A DNA stretch of 64,000 bases from Octopus bimaculoides (lineage: Eukaryota): the NCBI RefSeq assembly GCF_001194135.2, contig NC_068987.1, positions 102,814,171-102,878,170 on the forward strand, in the 5' to 3' direction. The translations under genes were made by a program, and so were the position numbers. Every line of letters begins with the position of its first letter. Positions within the stretch are counted from its first letter, which is position 1. Shown here piece after piece: positions 51,489 through 64,000 of the stretch. The notes beneath the pieces were generated by a model, which was not told the DNA's origin, made no database searches, and worked only from the letters and a program-made list of their open reading frames with translations.

Positions 51489-51780
51489 TATTATATGAAC
51501 CTTTCCATTACATCCAGTTTGCAACATACTTCATCGAGTGATCAGTATATTTGCAGCGAGATGTTCAGCGTATAGAATTTAATTGAGAAATGTAACTGAG
51601 ATATGGGTTAATGAGTTATTCTATTTGTTTCCCTCTCTTTCTCTTTGTCTTTTCTGCCATTAATTATTCTACTATTATTTATTTATTAAATAAAAGCAGT
51701 AAGATTTTGGTATCATGGAAATTATTGCTACAATGGGCAGAATAAATTCAAACACTTTAACACTCATACAATATGTATAT

Positions 51781-51885
51781 AGGCACATACGTGACTGAGT
51801 GGTAAAAAGCTTGCTTCCCAACCATGTGGCATTTTGGGCAACCGTATTCTGCAGCCTCAAGCTAACCAAAGCTTTGGTAGACGGA
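51781..51885 (+). mobile_element. SINE family A, with internal deletions
   Basis: GTGACTGAGTGGTAAAAAGCTTGCTTCCCAACCA...TTGGGCAA...ACCAAAGC-TTTGGTAGACGG. Confidence 0.75.
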
Positions 51886-52316
51886 TTCATTATTATTTTA
51901 AACTTAAACTTCGTTCAAATTGTATTTAAAACAATGATAATTTATGTAAGATGTTTTTTGTATATAATATACATGTTATTATAATGGATGAAGGGATGAT
52001 TATTGAATGGTTATTATTTTGATATTATGATATTTTTAATAATTTTTCTCTCTTTATATAATAAGTATTTCATATTAATTCATTTGGTAATTCTTGTTGG
52101 TTGAGATAGATATATATATCAAATTNNNNNNNNNNNNNNNNNNNNNNNNNNNNNNNNNNNNNNNNNNNNNNNNNNNNNNNNNNNNNNNNNNNNNNNNNNN
52201 NNNNNNNNNNNNNNNNNNNNNNNNNNNNNNNNNNNNNNNNNNNNNNNNNNNNNNNNNNNNNNNNNNNNNNNNNNNNNNNNNNNNNNNNNNNNNNNNNNNN
52301 NNNNNNNNNNNNNNNN

Positions 52317-52353
<37 letters not shown>

Positions 52354-52970
52354 TACACACACACACAAACACACACATACACATACATGTATATAATACA
52401 ACATTATTACCATAAAGTGGCTAGCAAGTTTGACCTAAATAGGCAAAATATACAAATAAATTAGGATACCGAACTACCAGCTTGCTAGAAACAGGAGTCA
52501 ACACTCTAAAGCCACAAAATACTCACTATTAAGAAACACGCACGGTGGATATAGTGAATATAAGAAAAATGGCCTTACGTTTGCAAAGACTACAAAGTAA
52601 AAACCAGATATCTTGTACTCAACACACCTTTCCTTTTGTGCATTAGCCCTTAGAATCATCAGCCAAGCTTACTGTATTCTATTTTTCAGAATATATTCAC
52701 TATACCGAACGCGTCTGTTCACCTGAATGCGCCGCAACATTCGAAAACGAACCTAGAGTAAGTTGAAAATTAAAAAAATTAATGAAGCATTATATATATA
52801 TATATATATATATATATGGGGCGGTGAGAAAGGTAGGGGTAATAATGCAGCTAGAAGCAATTAGATATATGCATGCAAACATACACACACATATATATAC
52901 ATAGACAATTATATCTACATATGTTCACAAAGATAAGCACACGCACGCACGCACACACACGCACTCCCAC

Positions 52971-53026
<56 letters not shown>

Positions 53027-53834
53027 ATGTGTGTGTGTGTGTGGGTCTGCATATATACAAATATATGTACATAGACCATCATAAGCGATACGGAAGTGTA
53101 AGATGAAAATACATAATTTCATTCGACAGCTATTTCAGGAAGCTGGCTTTTCGTAATAATCGTAATGTTCTTAATTTATAGATGGAATATGCAAAACCTC
53201 TTGGGTAGGAGACCAGTATACTGTCACACGCATATATTACATTAGACTCGGTCGCCCTCAACAAAATAAAATTCGCAAAGCACTTCATAAAGCAGTGCAT
53301 GAAGATAATTATGGTTGGAGGGAGAGAGGAGGAAATATAAGTATAAAATGGAGGGACAGGGAGGATAATACATGCGACAGAGGAAGGAGGAACAGATGTA
53401 TAGGAGAAATGAAAAGCAATGAGAGGGAGTGCGATTTCTGTGACAGTGGGGGTGAGGAGTAGAGTAAAGCAGAGAAAGAGGAGGGGAGAAAGTAACGTTA
53501 AGGTCAATGTGTAGAAACTGAGCCCCAATCGGGTTTAAGGAATCTCACTAAGCAGACAATAATTCAATTAAGGATATTAGCTGCCCATACAAAGACATAA
53601 AAAGAGATAAACAATGAACGAAAGGGATATTGGTAAAGACATCGGAGGAGACATGCCGAGATATTCATAATGGCAGAAGGAGGATAGGTACAGCAAATGC
53701 TGCTAGCATAGCTAAATAATAGGTAAAGACGTAACCACAATTAGGATAAATTATAAAAGAGTTTACGTAATAGGCAAAAATAGAATAAAATTTGTGTGGT
53801 TCCCTCCAACACAATTTAGAATCACTGTGATTTG

Positions 53835-53975
53835 TAGACAACCGGCGTTGCTGTGTTTACCATCACGTAACCTAGCGATTCGGCAAATTGATTAAACACC
53901 AGATTTAAAATTTCAACTAAAAATTCTTCAAGGCAGTGTCATAGCATGGCCACACTCCATGTGAACGATAAATGG
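53835..53975 (+). mobile_element. SINE family E, degenerate
   Basis: GACAACCGGCGTTGCTGTGTTTACCATCACGTAACCTAGCGATTCGGCAAA...TTCAAGGCAGTGTCATAGCATGGCCACA, homologous to the reverse complement of 62092-62226. Confidence 0.6.
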
Positions 53976-54003
53976 TGTACATATGCATATATGTATATAT
54001 GCA

Positions 54004-54064
<61 letters not shown>

Positions 54065-54203
54065 NNNNNNNNNNNNNNNNNNNNNNNNNNNNNNNNNNNN
54101 NNNNNNNNNNNNNNNNNNNNNNNNNNNNNNNNNNNNNNNNNNNNNNNNNNNNNNNNNNNNNNNNNNNNNNNNNNNNNNNNNNNNNNNNNNNNNNNNNNNN
54201 NNN

Positions 54204-54248
<45 letters not shown>

Positions 54249-54420
54249 TGTATGTATGTATGTTTATATACTGATCCCTATATTTATACAAATGTGTATA
54301 TAGATAGACATATACAATTCTTGGACTGATACCAAAGATATTACCTTACTGATCTCTTGGTGTCAATCGTGATTTGCTCTTCACCCTATCTTCGATTAAC
54401 GTACCTTGTTTCATATGCAG

Positions 54421-54481
54421 ACTACATCAGTTCCCAGCCTTCGCCGTTCCTGCAAGAGATGAAGGATCTGGCAATTCTCCG
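54421..54481 (+). CDS. Candidate 61-bp internal exon of an unidentified host gene
   Basis: TTGTTTCATATGCAG|...CCG|GTAAAG, GC-elevated relative to its flanks, with two open frames ((D)YISSQPSPFLQEMKDLAIL(R) or LHQFPAFAVPARDEGSGNSP). No homology recognised. Confidence 0.2.
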
Positions 54482-55777
54482 GTAAAGACAGTCTAACTTA
54501 CATCATTCTATATATCTATCACGCTATATTATAAAACATTCAGTGAAAGTTACTGCACTGTACTGCCTGAATGAAAGAGCCAGAAATATAAGCGATGTTT
54601 TTCTGGTTTGCACAGTTTTGAAGGTACCGCGTACACCATAATTACAAAATCTTTAATGAGAAGGCCACAAAACTACAATACATCACACTTTCTTTACCAA
54701 TCATTGCTCAGATTTTCTCTCTCCTAACATGCTGATTGATAGCTAGAACCTACATGCGCATCAAGTATAACGGATTCCGTTGTAAATAAATTCGTTTTTT
54801 CTTAGCTTTGAAGCCATATATTTCTTTCTAAACATCAGTGCAGTTTTCTTTGATCCAGATCTCCTACAGGTTTGCTACCTTACACATTGTTGCAAATGAT
54901 CTTCCGGTTTTGAACTTTTCGACAAAAATTTTTCATTTCATCTAGCATATGCTCCTTTTAGGTTACCCAACCATGAGGGTCTATGAGCTCCATAGTAACA
55001 GAAATTTCCATCAAAATCATCTATCATTCTTTTAGGTATAGCTCTTCTCGACGAAAATTTCGTAATTGTTTTGCTCTCTTTATTTCTTGCTTCTATATAT
55101 ATGTATCTTTACCGCTGCTTCTCCAAAGAAGATACATTTTCAAGTAAGAAGAATGATCATCCACTCTTTAGATATGCACAGAACGTTGTTGTTGCATTAA
55201 CACCGACGTACATTATGTATAGCTCCTATGAGAAGTTGAGTTAAAATGAATTTCGATTACAGTCACATGAAGGAGACTATCTCCCGGCAAGCATTATTGC
55301 CATTAACTGAGTTCACCTTTTCAATGGAGCATGATATTTTATTCTCCTTAGATATAGGAAAGCAGAATGCCTCCATACATTACGGAAACGACTTTATGCA
55401 CATTGCCTCACTACTTTTCAAAACTATATCCAAAAGGTCATGCTAAATTCCTAGCTTCACACTCCATTTATTCTGCATGTTGATTTGATACAGACACAAA
55501 CACACACACATACACACACACACACATACACACACACACATACACACACACACATACACACACATACACACACACACACATACACACATGCATACAGTCA
55601 TACATACACAGACACACACACACACACACATATATAAATGTGTATATCTATAGAGAGATAGATATCACGCGCGCACACACATGTGTGTACGTGCCTATGC
55701 GTGTGTGTGTGTGTGTGTGTGTGTATGCGTGTGTGTCTATGTGTCTGTCTGTGTGTATGCGCGGGTGTGTGTATGCA

Positions 55778-55874
55778 CACGAGACGATGCTGAAAACTCC
55801 CTGGCGTTGGCTAAAATAAAATACTGGAGGATCAGTTAATTATGATTTTATACACGATATTCCTCTCTCAGGTT
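55778..55874 (+). mobile_element. Mariner-type MITE, left part (runs into gap)
   Basis: TIR-like CGAGACGATGCTGAAAACTCCCTGGC start; shares 38 identical bp, inverted, with 56557-56594. Confidence 0.6.
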
Positions 55875-56429
55875 NNNNNNNNNNNNNNNNNNNNNNNNNN
55901 NNNNNNNNNNNNNNNNNNNNNNNNNNNNNNNNNNNNNNNNNNNNNNNNNNNNNNNNNNNNNNNNNNNNNNNNNNNNNNNNNNNNNNNNNNNNNNNNNNNN
56001 NNNNNNNNNNNNNNNNNNNNNNNNNNNNNNNNNNNNNNNNNNNNNNNNNNNNNNNNNNNNNNNNNNNNNNNNNNNNNNNNNNNNNNNNNNNNNNNNNNNN
56101 NNNNNNNNNNNNNNNNNNNNNNNNNNNNNNNNNNNNNNNNNNNNNNNNNNNNNNNNNNNNNNNNNNNNNNNNNNNNNNNNNNNNNNNNNNNNNNNNNNNN
56201 NNNNNNNNNNNNNNNNNNNNNNNNNNNNNNNNNNNNNNNNNNNNNNNNNNNNNNNNNNNNNNNNNNNNNNNNNNNNNNNNNNNNNNNNNNNNNNNNNNNN
56301 NNNNNNNNNNNNNNNNNNNNNNNNNNNNNNNNNNNNNNNNNNNNNNNNNNNNNNNNNNNNNNNNNNNNNNNNNNNNNNNNNNNNNNNNNNNNNNNNNNNN
56401 NNNNNNNNATATATATATATATATATATA

Positions 56430-56594
56430 TACGAGGGGTTGTTCATAAGTTCCTCGCTTTACGGGTATAACGAAAAGTCTGGTTGGAGGCCCAAACTTCC
56501 GATTTCTTTTACACGGCTGAGGAAAACTGACGACACGCTGCAATAAGTTTGCGAATCTGAGAGAGGAATATCGTGTATAAAATCATAATTAACT
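56430..56594 (-). mobile_element. Mariner-type MITE, right part, inverted
   Basis: TA plus CGAGGGGTTGTTCATAAGTTCCTCGCTTT, a TACGAGGG-type mariner terminus. Confidence 0.65.
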
Positions 56595-56596
56595 AT

Positions 56597-56676
56597 ATAT
56601 ATATAGTTATGCATACATATATATAGTTATGCATACATATATATAGTTATGCATACATATATATAGTTATGCATAC
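56597..56676. repeat. 20-bp minisatellite, 4 copies (ATATATATAGTTATGCATAC)
   Basis: Four exact 20-bp periods. Confidence 0.95.
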
Positions 56677-58284
56677 ATATATACACATATATGTATGAAT
56701 ATATATGAATAGGCAGAGGGATAATGAAAGACTAACATGGTGAATTATGAATGTTATTAAGGATATTGGACGCAACGACATTAAGTAGAAGGCGAATAAA
56801 AAGATCAAGACAATTTTATTGTGACATAATATTCTACCCGTCAGCGCTACTTAATCTGGCATAAGTATCATTTCAGCGATTTACAGCATTATTTAAAATA
56901 TAATTATTAGAAAAATAAAATAATAAGGAAAATATCCTTTAAGAGGGAAGTCGTCAATTTAGCAGAAAGAATTAGCTGTGAATTCGAATTGTCATGGAAA
57001 TTAATTCGCTGTGACAACCATTATTGAACTCTTAAATGATAATGGCGTAAATCTCTTACTCACATTCACACGCAGTTACACACACACACACACATACACA
57101 CAAACACAGATCTACACACGCATACATATATGTATGTACGTATGTATATATATTTATGTATGTATATGTGTTTGTGTATGCATATATATATATAAATGTG
57201 TATATATATNNNNNNNNNNNNNNNNNNNNNNNNNNNNNNNNNNNNNNNNNNNNNNNNNNNNNNNNNNNNNNNNNNNNNNNNNNNNNNNNNNNNNNNNNNN
57301 NNNNNNNNNNNNNNNNNNNNNNNNNNNNNNNNNNNNNNNNNNNNNNNNNNNNNNNNNNNNNNNNNNNNNNNNNNNNNNNNNNNNNNNNNNNNNNNNNNNN
57401 NNNNNNNNNNNNNNNNNNNNNNNNNNNNNNNNNNNNNNNNNNNNNNNNNNNNNNNNNNNNNNNNNNNNNNNNNNNNNNNNNNNNNNNNNNNNNNNNNNNN
57501 NNNNNNNNNNNNNNNNNNNNNNNNNNNNNNNNNNNNNNNNNNNNNNNNNNNNNNNNNNATATATATATATATATATATATATATAGCATCTTTCAGATTT
57601 ACTATGTAAATAGGGTAATACATTAAGAAACCCATACAGTACGAGTTTTTGTTTACTCACTTAATAAGCTGTCAATATAACTGTTATTCCAATGAAAATC
57701 TGTCCAGGACGTAACATCGGTGAATTGCTGGAATTCAAATTTCTTAAGGATTTTGATTTGTTAATTAAGCTTTCCAAATCGCCATCTTGAAAAATCCCGA
57801 TTTAGCAAATCTTAATGAAACTAAATCTCTGTATTTTCTTTTCTTTACGAATGTAGTCCTTAGTCACTGATGATATACTCTCCTATTTCAGCGTACTTAC
57901 CTATATCCATACAGTTACCCGGCTGTTGAACATCAGTGTAATTCTCTATTGTGTATGTATGTAAATATATATATACCTTGCGGTTGTGTGTGTATATCGT
58001 TGAAAGAGTTTCAGAGAGTAAAATTGATAAACCGACGCTTTCTTACGTAAGTCTCTTACAGACAGAATTCCTTATCACATTCAGCGTAGTAAATGAAATG
58101 AACCAATAATTATCTTCCTAGGAACCAGTGGCCAACAGCGGTATACATAACATAGTGCAGTACGATAGCTATTTGTATTCGTGCTTCTGGCATATAAAAT
58201 GCATTGACTGTGCATATAGCAATGGATATCTATTGTTCCCTCCATCGATAGCACTACCAGGCCACAAGATTCTCGTAGATTTCT

Positions 58285-59305
58285 ATCACGGTTGACATGA
58301 AAATTTTCCAGGTGAATTTACTTGATTCACAATAAACAAGCTCTCCAAATTAGTCTAACACTACGTGTAAAATGTTCCAACAATCGCTGTTATTTTCGAC
58401 AACAAATCGTTGTATGCGCTGATGAAATCTGCTTGCACTGGTGCAGCAGTTTTCCGTGTAAGATTCACCACAGTGATTGTTACTTCATCTCAGTATCCAT
58501 CTGGCAGGTATTCTGGACCGGATCTAGAGAGAAACGTTTAAAAGACATGTGTCGAAACGTAAGGCCATTGATTTATTCTGATGCATTTTATTCTTATACT
58601 CTACTTGTATTCGGTTAGTTTACAGCCGCTATTTTTATAATTTCGCAAACCGACGTTACCATGATCGTTACTGTAATTACTGGATTCTATGATCCGCACG
58701 CAAGTGTACAAGTGGTTTAGACATTTTCAAGATGGCCAAAAAAATGTCGATATTGACGAACGTTCTGGGAGCCCCGCAACCAACAGAACTGAGAAAAACA
58801 TCGTAGATGCGCGAGTAGCTGTGAGGGGAAATAGTCGAATCATCATCCGTGAATTGTAATACGATGTGAAGATTAGTTACGGTTCAGTTCAGTCCATTAT
58901 CACTGAAGATTTAGGTATGAGATGCGTGTCTGCCAAGTTTGTGCCAAAACTGCTTTCAGATGACCAAAAAGACACTCGGATTCTAGTTGCCCTAGATTGT
59001 GTCGAGAACGATGAAATTTTCTTGAAAGTTTTGCGTACGACCCTGAGCAGGTATCGCCAAGATTTTTTCAAAATTTGATGCAGATTCTGTGCTCAACTTC
59101 CTCAGTCATGGTCAATGCGACGCTCACACGCTACACACCTTCTTTCCAAGCACTGCTGTAAACAGTAACAGTAAGCTAGATCTGTAAAACCCAGTGCGCA
59201 TGCACAACAGAGTTCAAGGTCAATCTGTGCTAAGCGGCTTCACTCTGCATACTTTAACTTCGTTAATATAGCAACAGTCCGGATACTTATTGGTCGGACC
59301 ACGTA
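58285..59305 (-). mobile_element. Mariner (DD34D-type) relic with an internal ~350-bp inversion
   Basis: 5' TIR at about 59275-59303 plus TA. Minus strand: MTEEVEHRICIKF*KNLGDTCSGSYAKL. Plus strand 58683-59030: DSMIRTQVYKWFRHFQDG...MRCVSAKFVPKLLSDDQK...DEIFLK. Minus strand from 58682: VIT plus a degenerate GDESW. The left boundary is uncertain. Confidence 0.8.
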
Positions 59306-59830
59306 TGTAAACATCACTATCATTTCGAGTGCAATGAATCAATACATCAAAACAATGTTTATAAATACACGCGCAGACAAATACTCAGTTCATCAAGAAC
59401 AACTATTTATATATCTCCGACCATTTAAAATATAGATTAACTAAATATACACTTATGCCTGCAGTATAATATTTTCTTTTCAATGCCGTGTATAAACGCG
59501 CTTTATAAACCTGTTCCAACTCCATATTCCGAAACGTACTCAGCTGATCAGCAGGATTGATCGCCTCAGCGGTTGTCTCCAACACAGCAATTATCTTTCC
59601 TTGCCTCCACCAAATGACTCAGATAATTTACATAAATAAAGCGAAAATAAACAAAAATTAACGATTCGTATTGGCCAGTGCGTAAGTATTGTAATAACAA
59701 AAACGAACAGGAGTACAAATTTAAATTGTATATTACTTAATTTGTTTAATATTCCCTAATTCGCCCTTGTTATTCACATACATATCACTCTCCATTCTGA
59801 GCTATTTCTCTTGACTCGCTTCCGTTTGAT

Positions 59831-59891
<61 letters not shown>

Positions 59892-62091
59892 NNNNNNNNN
59901 NNNNNNNNNNNNNNNNNNNNNNNNNNNNNNNNNNNNNNNNNNNNNNNNNNNNNNNNNNNNNNNNNNNNNNNNNNNNNNNNNNNNNNNNNNNNNNNNNNNN
60001 NNNNNNNNNNNNNNNNNNNNNNNNNNNNNNNNNNNNNNNNNNNNNNNNNNNNNNNNNNNNNNNNNNNNNNNNNNNNNNNNNNNNNNNNNNNNNNNNNNNN
60101 NNNNNNNNNNNNNNNNNNNNNNNNNNNNNNNNNNNNNNNNNNNNNNNNNNNNNNNNNNNNNNNNNNNNNNNNNNNNNNNNNNNNNNNNNNNNNNNNNNNN
60201 NNNNNNNNNNNNNNNNNNNNNNNNNNNNNNNNNNNNNNNNNNNNNNNNNNNNNNNNNNNNNNNNNNNNNNNNNNNNNNNNNNNNNNNNNNNNNNNNNNNN
60301 NNNNNNNNNNNNNNNNNNNNNNNNNNNNNNNNNNNNNNNNNNNNNNNNNNNNNNNNNNNNNNNNNNNNNNNNNNNNNNNNNNNNNNNNNNNNNNNNNNNN
60401 NNNNNNNNNNNNNNNNNNNNNNNNNNNNNNNNNNNNNNNNNNNNNNNNNNNNNNNNNNNNNNNNNNNNNNNNNNNNNNNNNNNNNNNNNNNNNNNNNNNN
60501 NNNNNNNNNNNNNNNNNNNNNNNNNNNNNNNNNNNNNNNNNNNNNNNNNNNNNNNNNNNNNNNNNNNNNNNNNNNNNNNNNNNNNNNNNNNNNNNNNNNN
60601 NNNNNNNNNNNNNNNNNNNNNNNNNNNNNNNNNNNNNNNNNNNNNNNNNNNNNNNNNNNNNNNNNNNNNNNNNNNNNNNNNNNNNNNNATATATATATAT
60701 ATATATATACATATATATAATTATGTATGTGTGTATGTATATAAATGTGTGTGTATGTTTGTGTATACGAGGATACCTCTAAGCGCACATATAGGTCTCC
60801 TTATGTGTGTATGTAACTGCCATACTCACCGTGTCGGTTTTTATTTCCACGTATTATTTCCCCTTTGCTGAACATTGACCGCAAACGAATCTCACCACGT
60901 GTTGACATCAAACAGACGAAATATAATGAAAGGAGAGATGTTAACATCAACTAAATGACTGGATGACTTTTACTTATAGTACATTTTGCTTGTCTTTTAT
61001 ATATTTTTTTTTTACTCCCTATAATGATGATGATAATCACATGCTTTTGTTGTTGTCGATGTTGTTATTTTAGCTATATTGGCAATACTGGTGTTCGTGA
61101 TGTTGGATATAGTAATGGGTTTTATTTAAGTAGTCGACAGTTATATATGATTTGATATCCTATAAGAGCCATCAGTCAGGTTTTACGAAGCATAAAACTT
61201 AGATTCAGCAAAAATAAGGGTATGAATAAATAAATAATAAATAAATAAAACGAGAAAGATTAAAGGTAAAATGATAATCATAAATAAATATAAAAAACCC
61301 CTTGATAAAATATCTTCTCTGTTCAATTCAAGTGACCTGGAAATTGTATTCTACTTATTTTAGTGCGAAGTTTGATTGGTACCCAATTATACACAGCTTC
61401 AAAGTTTGCCTTTTATTTTCTTCTTCCTGACTGGTTATATAGTGATATGTCCAGCGTGTTACTGTATTAATGTATTTGTCTCCCAATTGGTAGAAATTAA
61501 GAAGAAAAGAATAACAGGTTTCGCGACAAAAGCGAAGTTTATTTTTACAATTCTATGGCTGATTCCTGTATTTCCCTCCTACAGGTTTCGATGCTATTTC
61601 TGCCTAAAAAACAACTCTGAATATAAGAGAGCGTTATTCTATTTTGGCGTTCAGCCATCACGAAATAACTGAAATGTTTCTGAAATGGAACGCGTCTTCT
61701 ACAAAAGATAAATAAGCATTAGATAACGTACTTCTAGTTATACAAAACTGGTTACGGCTTAATCACTTTTATTATTTTCATGTGTTCCGTCATACTCCAA
61801 ACTCGGAAAGAGAGCAGCGCAACAACTTCAGCTGCAGTAATATCATGGACGAAATTAAAAGCAAATTGTTAAACGAGAAAACTGAGAGCCCATAGATGTA
61901 GAATCATCCTCTTGTCTCTAAAAATACCGGAGGATTGCTAATTCCTCTAGATTAACTTTCACTCTATGTCAAAATCTGTTGCAACGAAAGTTAAGTGGTT
62001 GCCTTCCTTCTATAGGAACGGAAGTAGTTTTAATAAATCATGAATTTATTTGAAATATTGATCATAAATTATCTTTTATCTGTTATTTGTT

Positions 62092-62226
62092 TCAATCATT
62101 CGACTACAGCCTTGTTAGGTCACCTACTTCAAGGGTTTTCGTCGAAGAAATCGTCCCTGTCTCGTAATTATGGATATCTTTTTAAACCCGCTGCTTATTC
62201 TATCAGTTCCTTTTGCCAGCCTCTAA
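62092..62226 (-). mobile_element. SINE family E, degenerate
   Basis: ATCATTCGACTACAGCCTTGTTAGGTCACC...CTTATTCTATCAGTTCCTTTTGCCAGCCTCTAAG, the reverse of the family seen at 53835. Confidence 0.6.
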
Positions 62227-63890
62227 GCGTGTGCATGTATCTGTGTGTGTGTGTTCACGTGCATGCGTGTATGTGTGTGTTTGAGTGTGAACATGGGATA
62301 GAAAGTTTGAGTGTTAGTGGCAGAGGTGTAAAACACAATCAACAAGGAAAGAGGTAGTGTGGAAAGAAGAAAAGTATGTGAATGAGATAGTGTGTGTTCG
62401 AGAGTATGTATGTGAGTGGGAAAATAATTTGGGGCAGACGACATGGTGGATGCTTGGCAATGAGTGTAAGTCTAAATGTGCAGAGGTGCGGTATGTGAAG
62501 AGATGTGTGTGTGTGTGTCAACATGAATTGTGTGTTGGTATGCGTCTCTGTGAATGTTACATCAACGAGACAATAGGGTAGAAGAGATGAAGGGCACGTG
62601 TATATATAAAAAGTGTGACGACGTAGTGGTGAGGGAGTTATGTATGATGAAACGTTGTTAGTGTTTTGAGATTATATGGATCGGTAGGAAGGTAGTGAGG
62701 GAGGTTGGAGTGTCAATGGGCGGCAAGAGATCGGCTTAACAGAAGGCGGAGGGATCAAAGAAAAACGAGTATAATATTGGAGCAGAAGGGGAAGAAAAGT
62801 TTGAGATTTCAGATTAAATGCCGCAAATGTTCGAAGATATCATAAGCTGTTCCATCTGGAGGTGAGTGGTGGGAGACGGAGTAAGAGCAGCCGCTCCAAC
62901 AACCTGGACACGTCAGGGAATTGATCAGTAGAGCGAAAGTGTTGTGAGACTAGAAACCCGTTGCCGAGTCAGATGTTTCTGAGTAGGTTTCGAATCTACC
63001 ATCCATTAGATATAAAATTAGAGAGGCCAAAATAGAGGCGCATTTCTTAGGTTACTATAGATATTTGGGTGTTTCAGAGGTAAAGGAAGGTATGGCAGCG
63101 AACAAAGTAGCAAAACGGGAAGATGGCAAGTTTAAAAGGAAGAAAAAGTTACTGAGGTTGTGGACTTGCTTAAATGAAGGAAATATTGAAAGTAGGGAGG
63201 AATGGGGGTGGCTTCAAATTTTAGTTGGGCATAGAGATGGGACAAAAATGTGAGTAGGAAAAGGGGAGTAAGGAAATTGTAAGAAGTAAAAGGGCGGGAA
63301 TACTGGGAGGGTCAAGGGAGGGTAGGAGTAATGGCGACAATGAAATGGCAAATTTGACGATTCAGATGGTAAATGACGAGTGAACGAACTAGGAAGAGGA
63401 TGCAGGTAATGGAACTAGTTGAAGGCGCTTTTGGAAAATCAGAATGGAGAGTGGTAGGCATGTGGATTTAGGAGAAGAGAATGAGTTTAATGGAAAGTTT
63501 TAGTACAGAAAATGTAATGGAAGTCGAATCGAAAACCATGGGCAACGAGGTGGAGTAGCAGGCAGTGACCGATGAGGGTGGTGTGACTTCAGTAACATGT
63601 TTTAGAGGAGACAAGACAAGTGAAGCCGAGGCATGATTTGGAATAGAAAGAACGTAAGGGACAAAAAATAGTTTCAGAGAAGAAATGCAGGTAGTGGAGG
63701 AAGATAGAGATGATAGACATGTTGGGATGGGGGAAGCGATGAAAACAACAGAAACAGTGGTAAAAATTAAGGAAGTTAGAGAGAAATAAAAATAATTAAA
63801 AAAAGAAAAGGAAACAGAAACGAAAAGCAGAAACGAGAAAGAATTTATATGTATCTGATTGTGGCCGCGTTTCTTGGACCGAAACTAAGA

Positions 63891-63921
<31 letters not shown>

Positions 63922-64000
63922 TACCTGGGTACAGGACATTGCAAAAAACGTGGGCAAAATGATAAACAGAGCAGAGAAAACATATATATATATATATATA

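Noticed and set aside
53130-53528. 132-aa hydrophobic ORF resembling a membrane protein
   Set aside because: It is the reverse of a GA-rich low-complexity tract, which yields L/F/S/P bias, and it starts at TTG.
56597-56676. CRISPR-like repeat array
   Set aside because: Contiguous 20-bp units with no spacers, in eukaryotic DNA with no cas genes.
58537-58566. Hammerhead-like half GAC-ATGT-GTC-GAAAC-GTA
   Set aside because: The core is degenerate (TTTAAAA) and no stem I can form.
62700-63790. Purine-rich plus-strand segment resembling an old antisense LINE
   Set aside because: Hand translation gave only scattered, inconsistent motif hints. It needs a profile search, and no family can be supported.

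Overview
This is eukaryotic, AT-rich DNA, saturated with repeats and taken from a fragmented short-read assembly. It has about 26 N-gaps totalling about 6 kb (~10%), and most gaps sit at (TA)n, (CA)n or (GA)n tracts. The tRNA-derived SINE families and microsatellite density resemble octopod cephalopod (Octopus) genomes; this is an inference from remembered sequences, not a database result. No host protein-coding gene, rRNA, true tRNA or CRISPR array can be supported. Nearly all listed ORFs are microsatellite or N-gap artefacts, so the window looks intronic or intergenic. The supportable content is decayed mobile DNA. (1) At least five SINE families. (2) LINE fragments of four clades: RTE, CR1/L2-like, L1/Tx1, and an R4/Dong-type element sitting inside a (TAA)n microsatellite. 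(3) Three Penelope-like element (PLE) remnants carrying minimal hammerhead-ribozyme motifs. (4) Several Tc1/mariner derivatives: two MITEs, a split MITE, a rosa/DD41D relic with both TIRs, and a mariner with an internal inversion. (5) A 677-bp fold-back element with GG termini, an exact 8-bp TSD and a telomere-like core. The most interesting signals are a hammerhead with a compensatory C3U/G8A core (33983-34021) and an inverted pair of hammerhead-bearing arms flanking a SINE head (49796-50307). All protein and RNA family calls come from motif recognition by eye and need computational confirmation.
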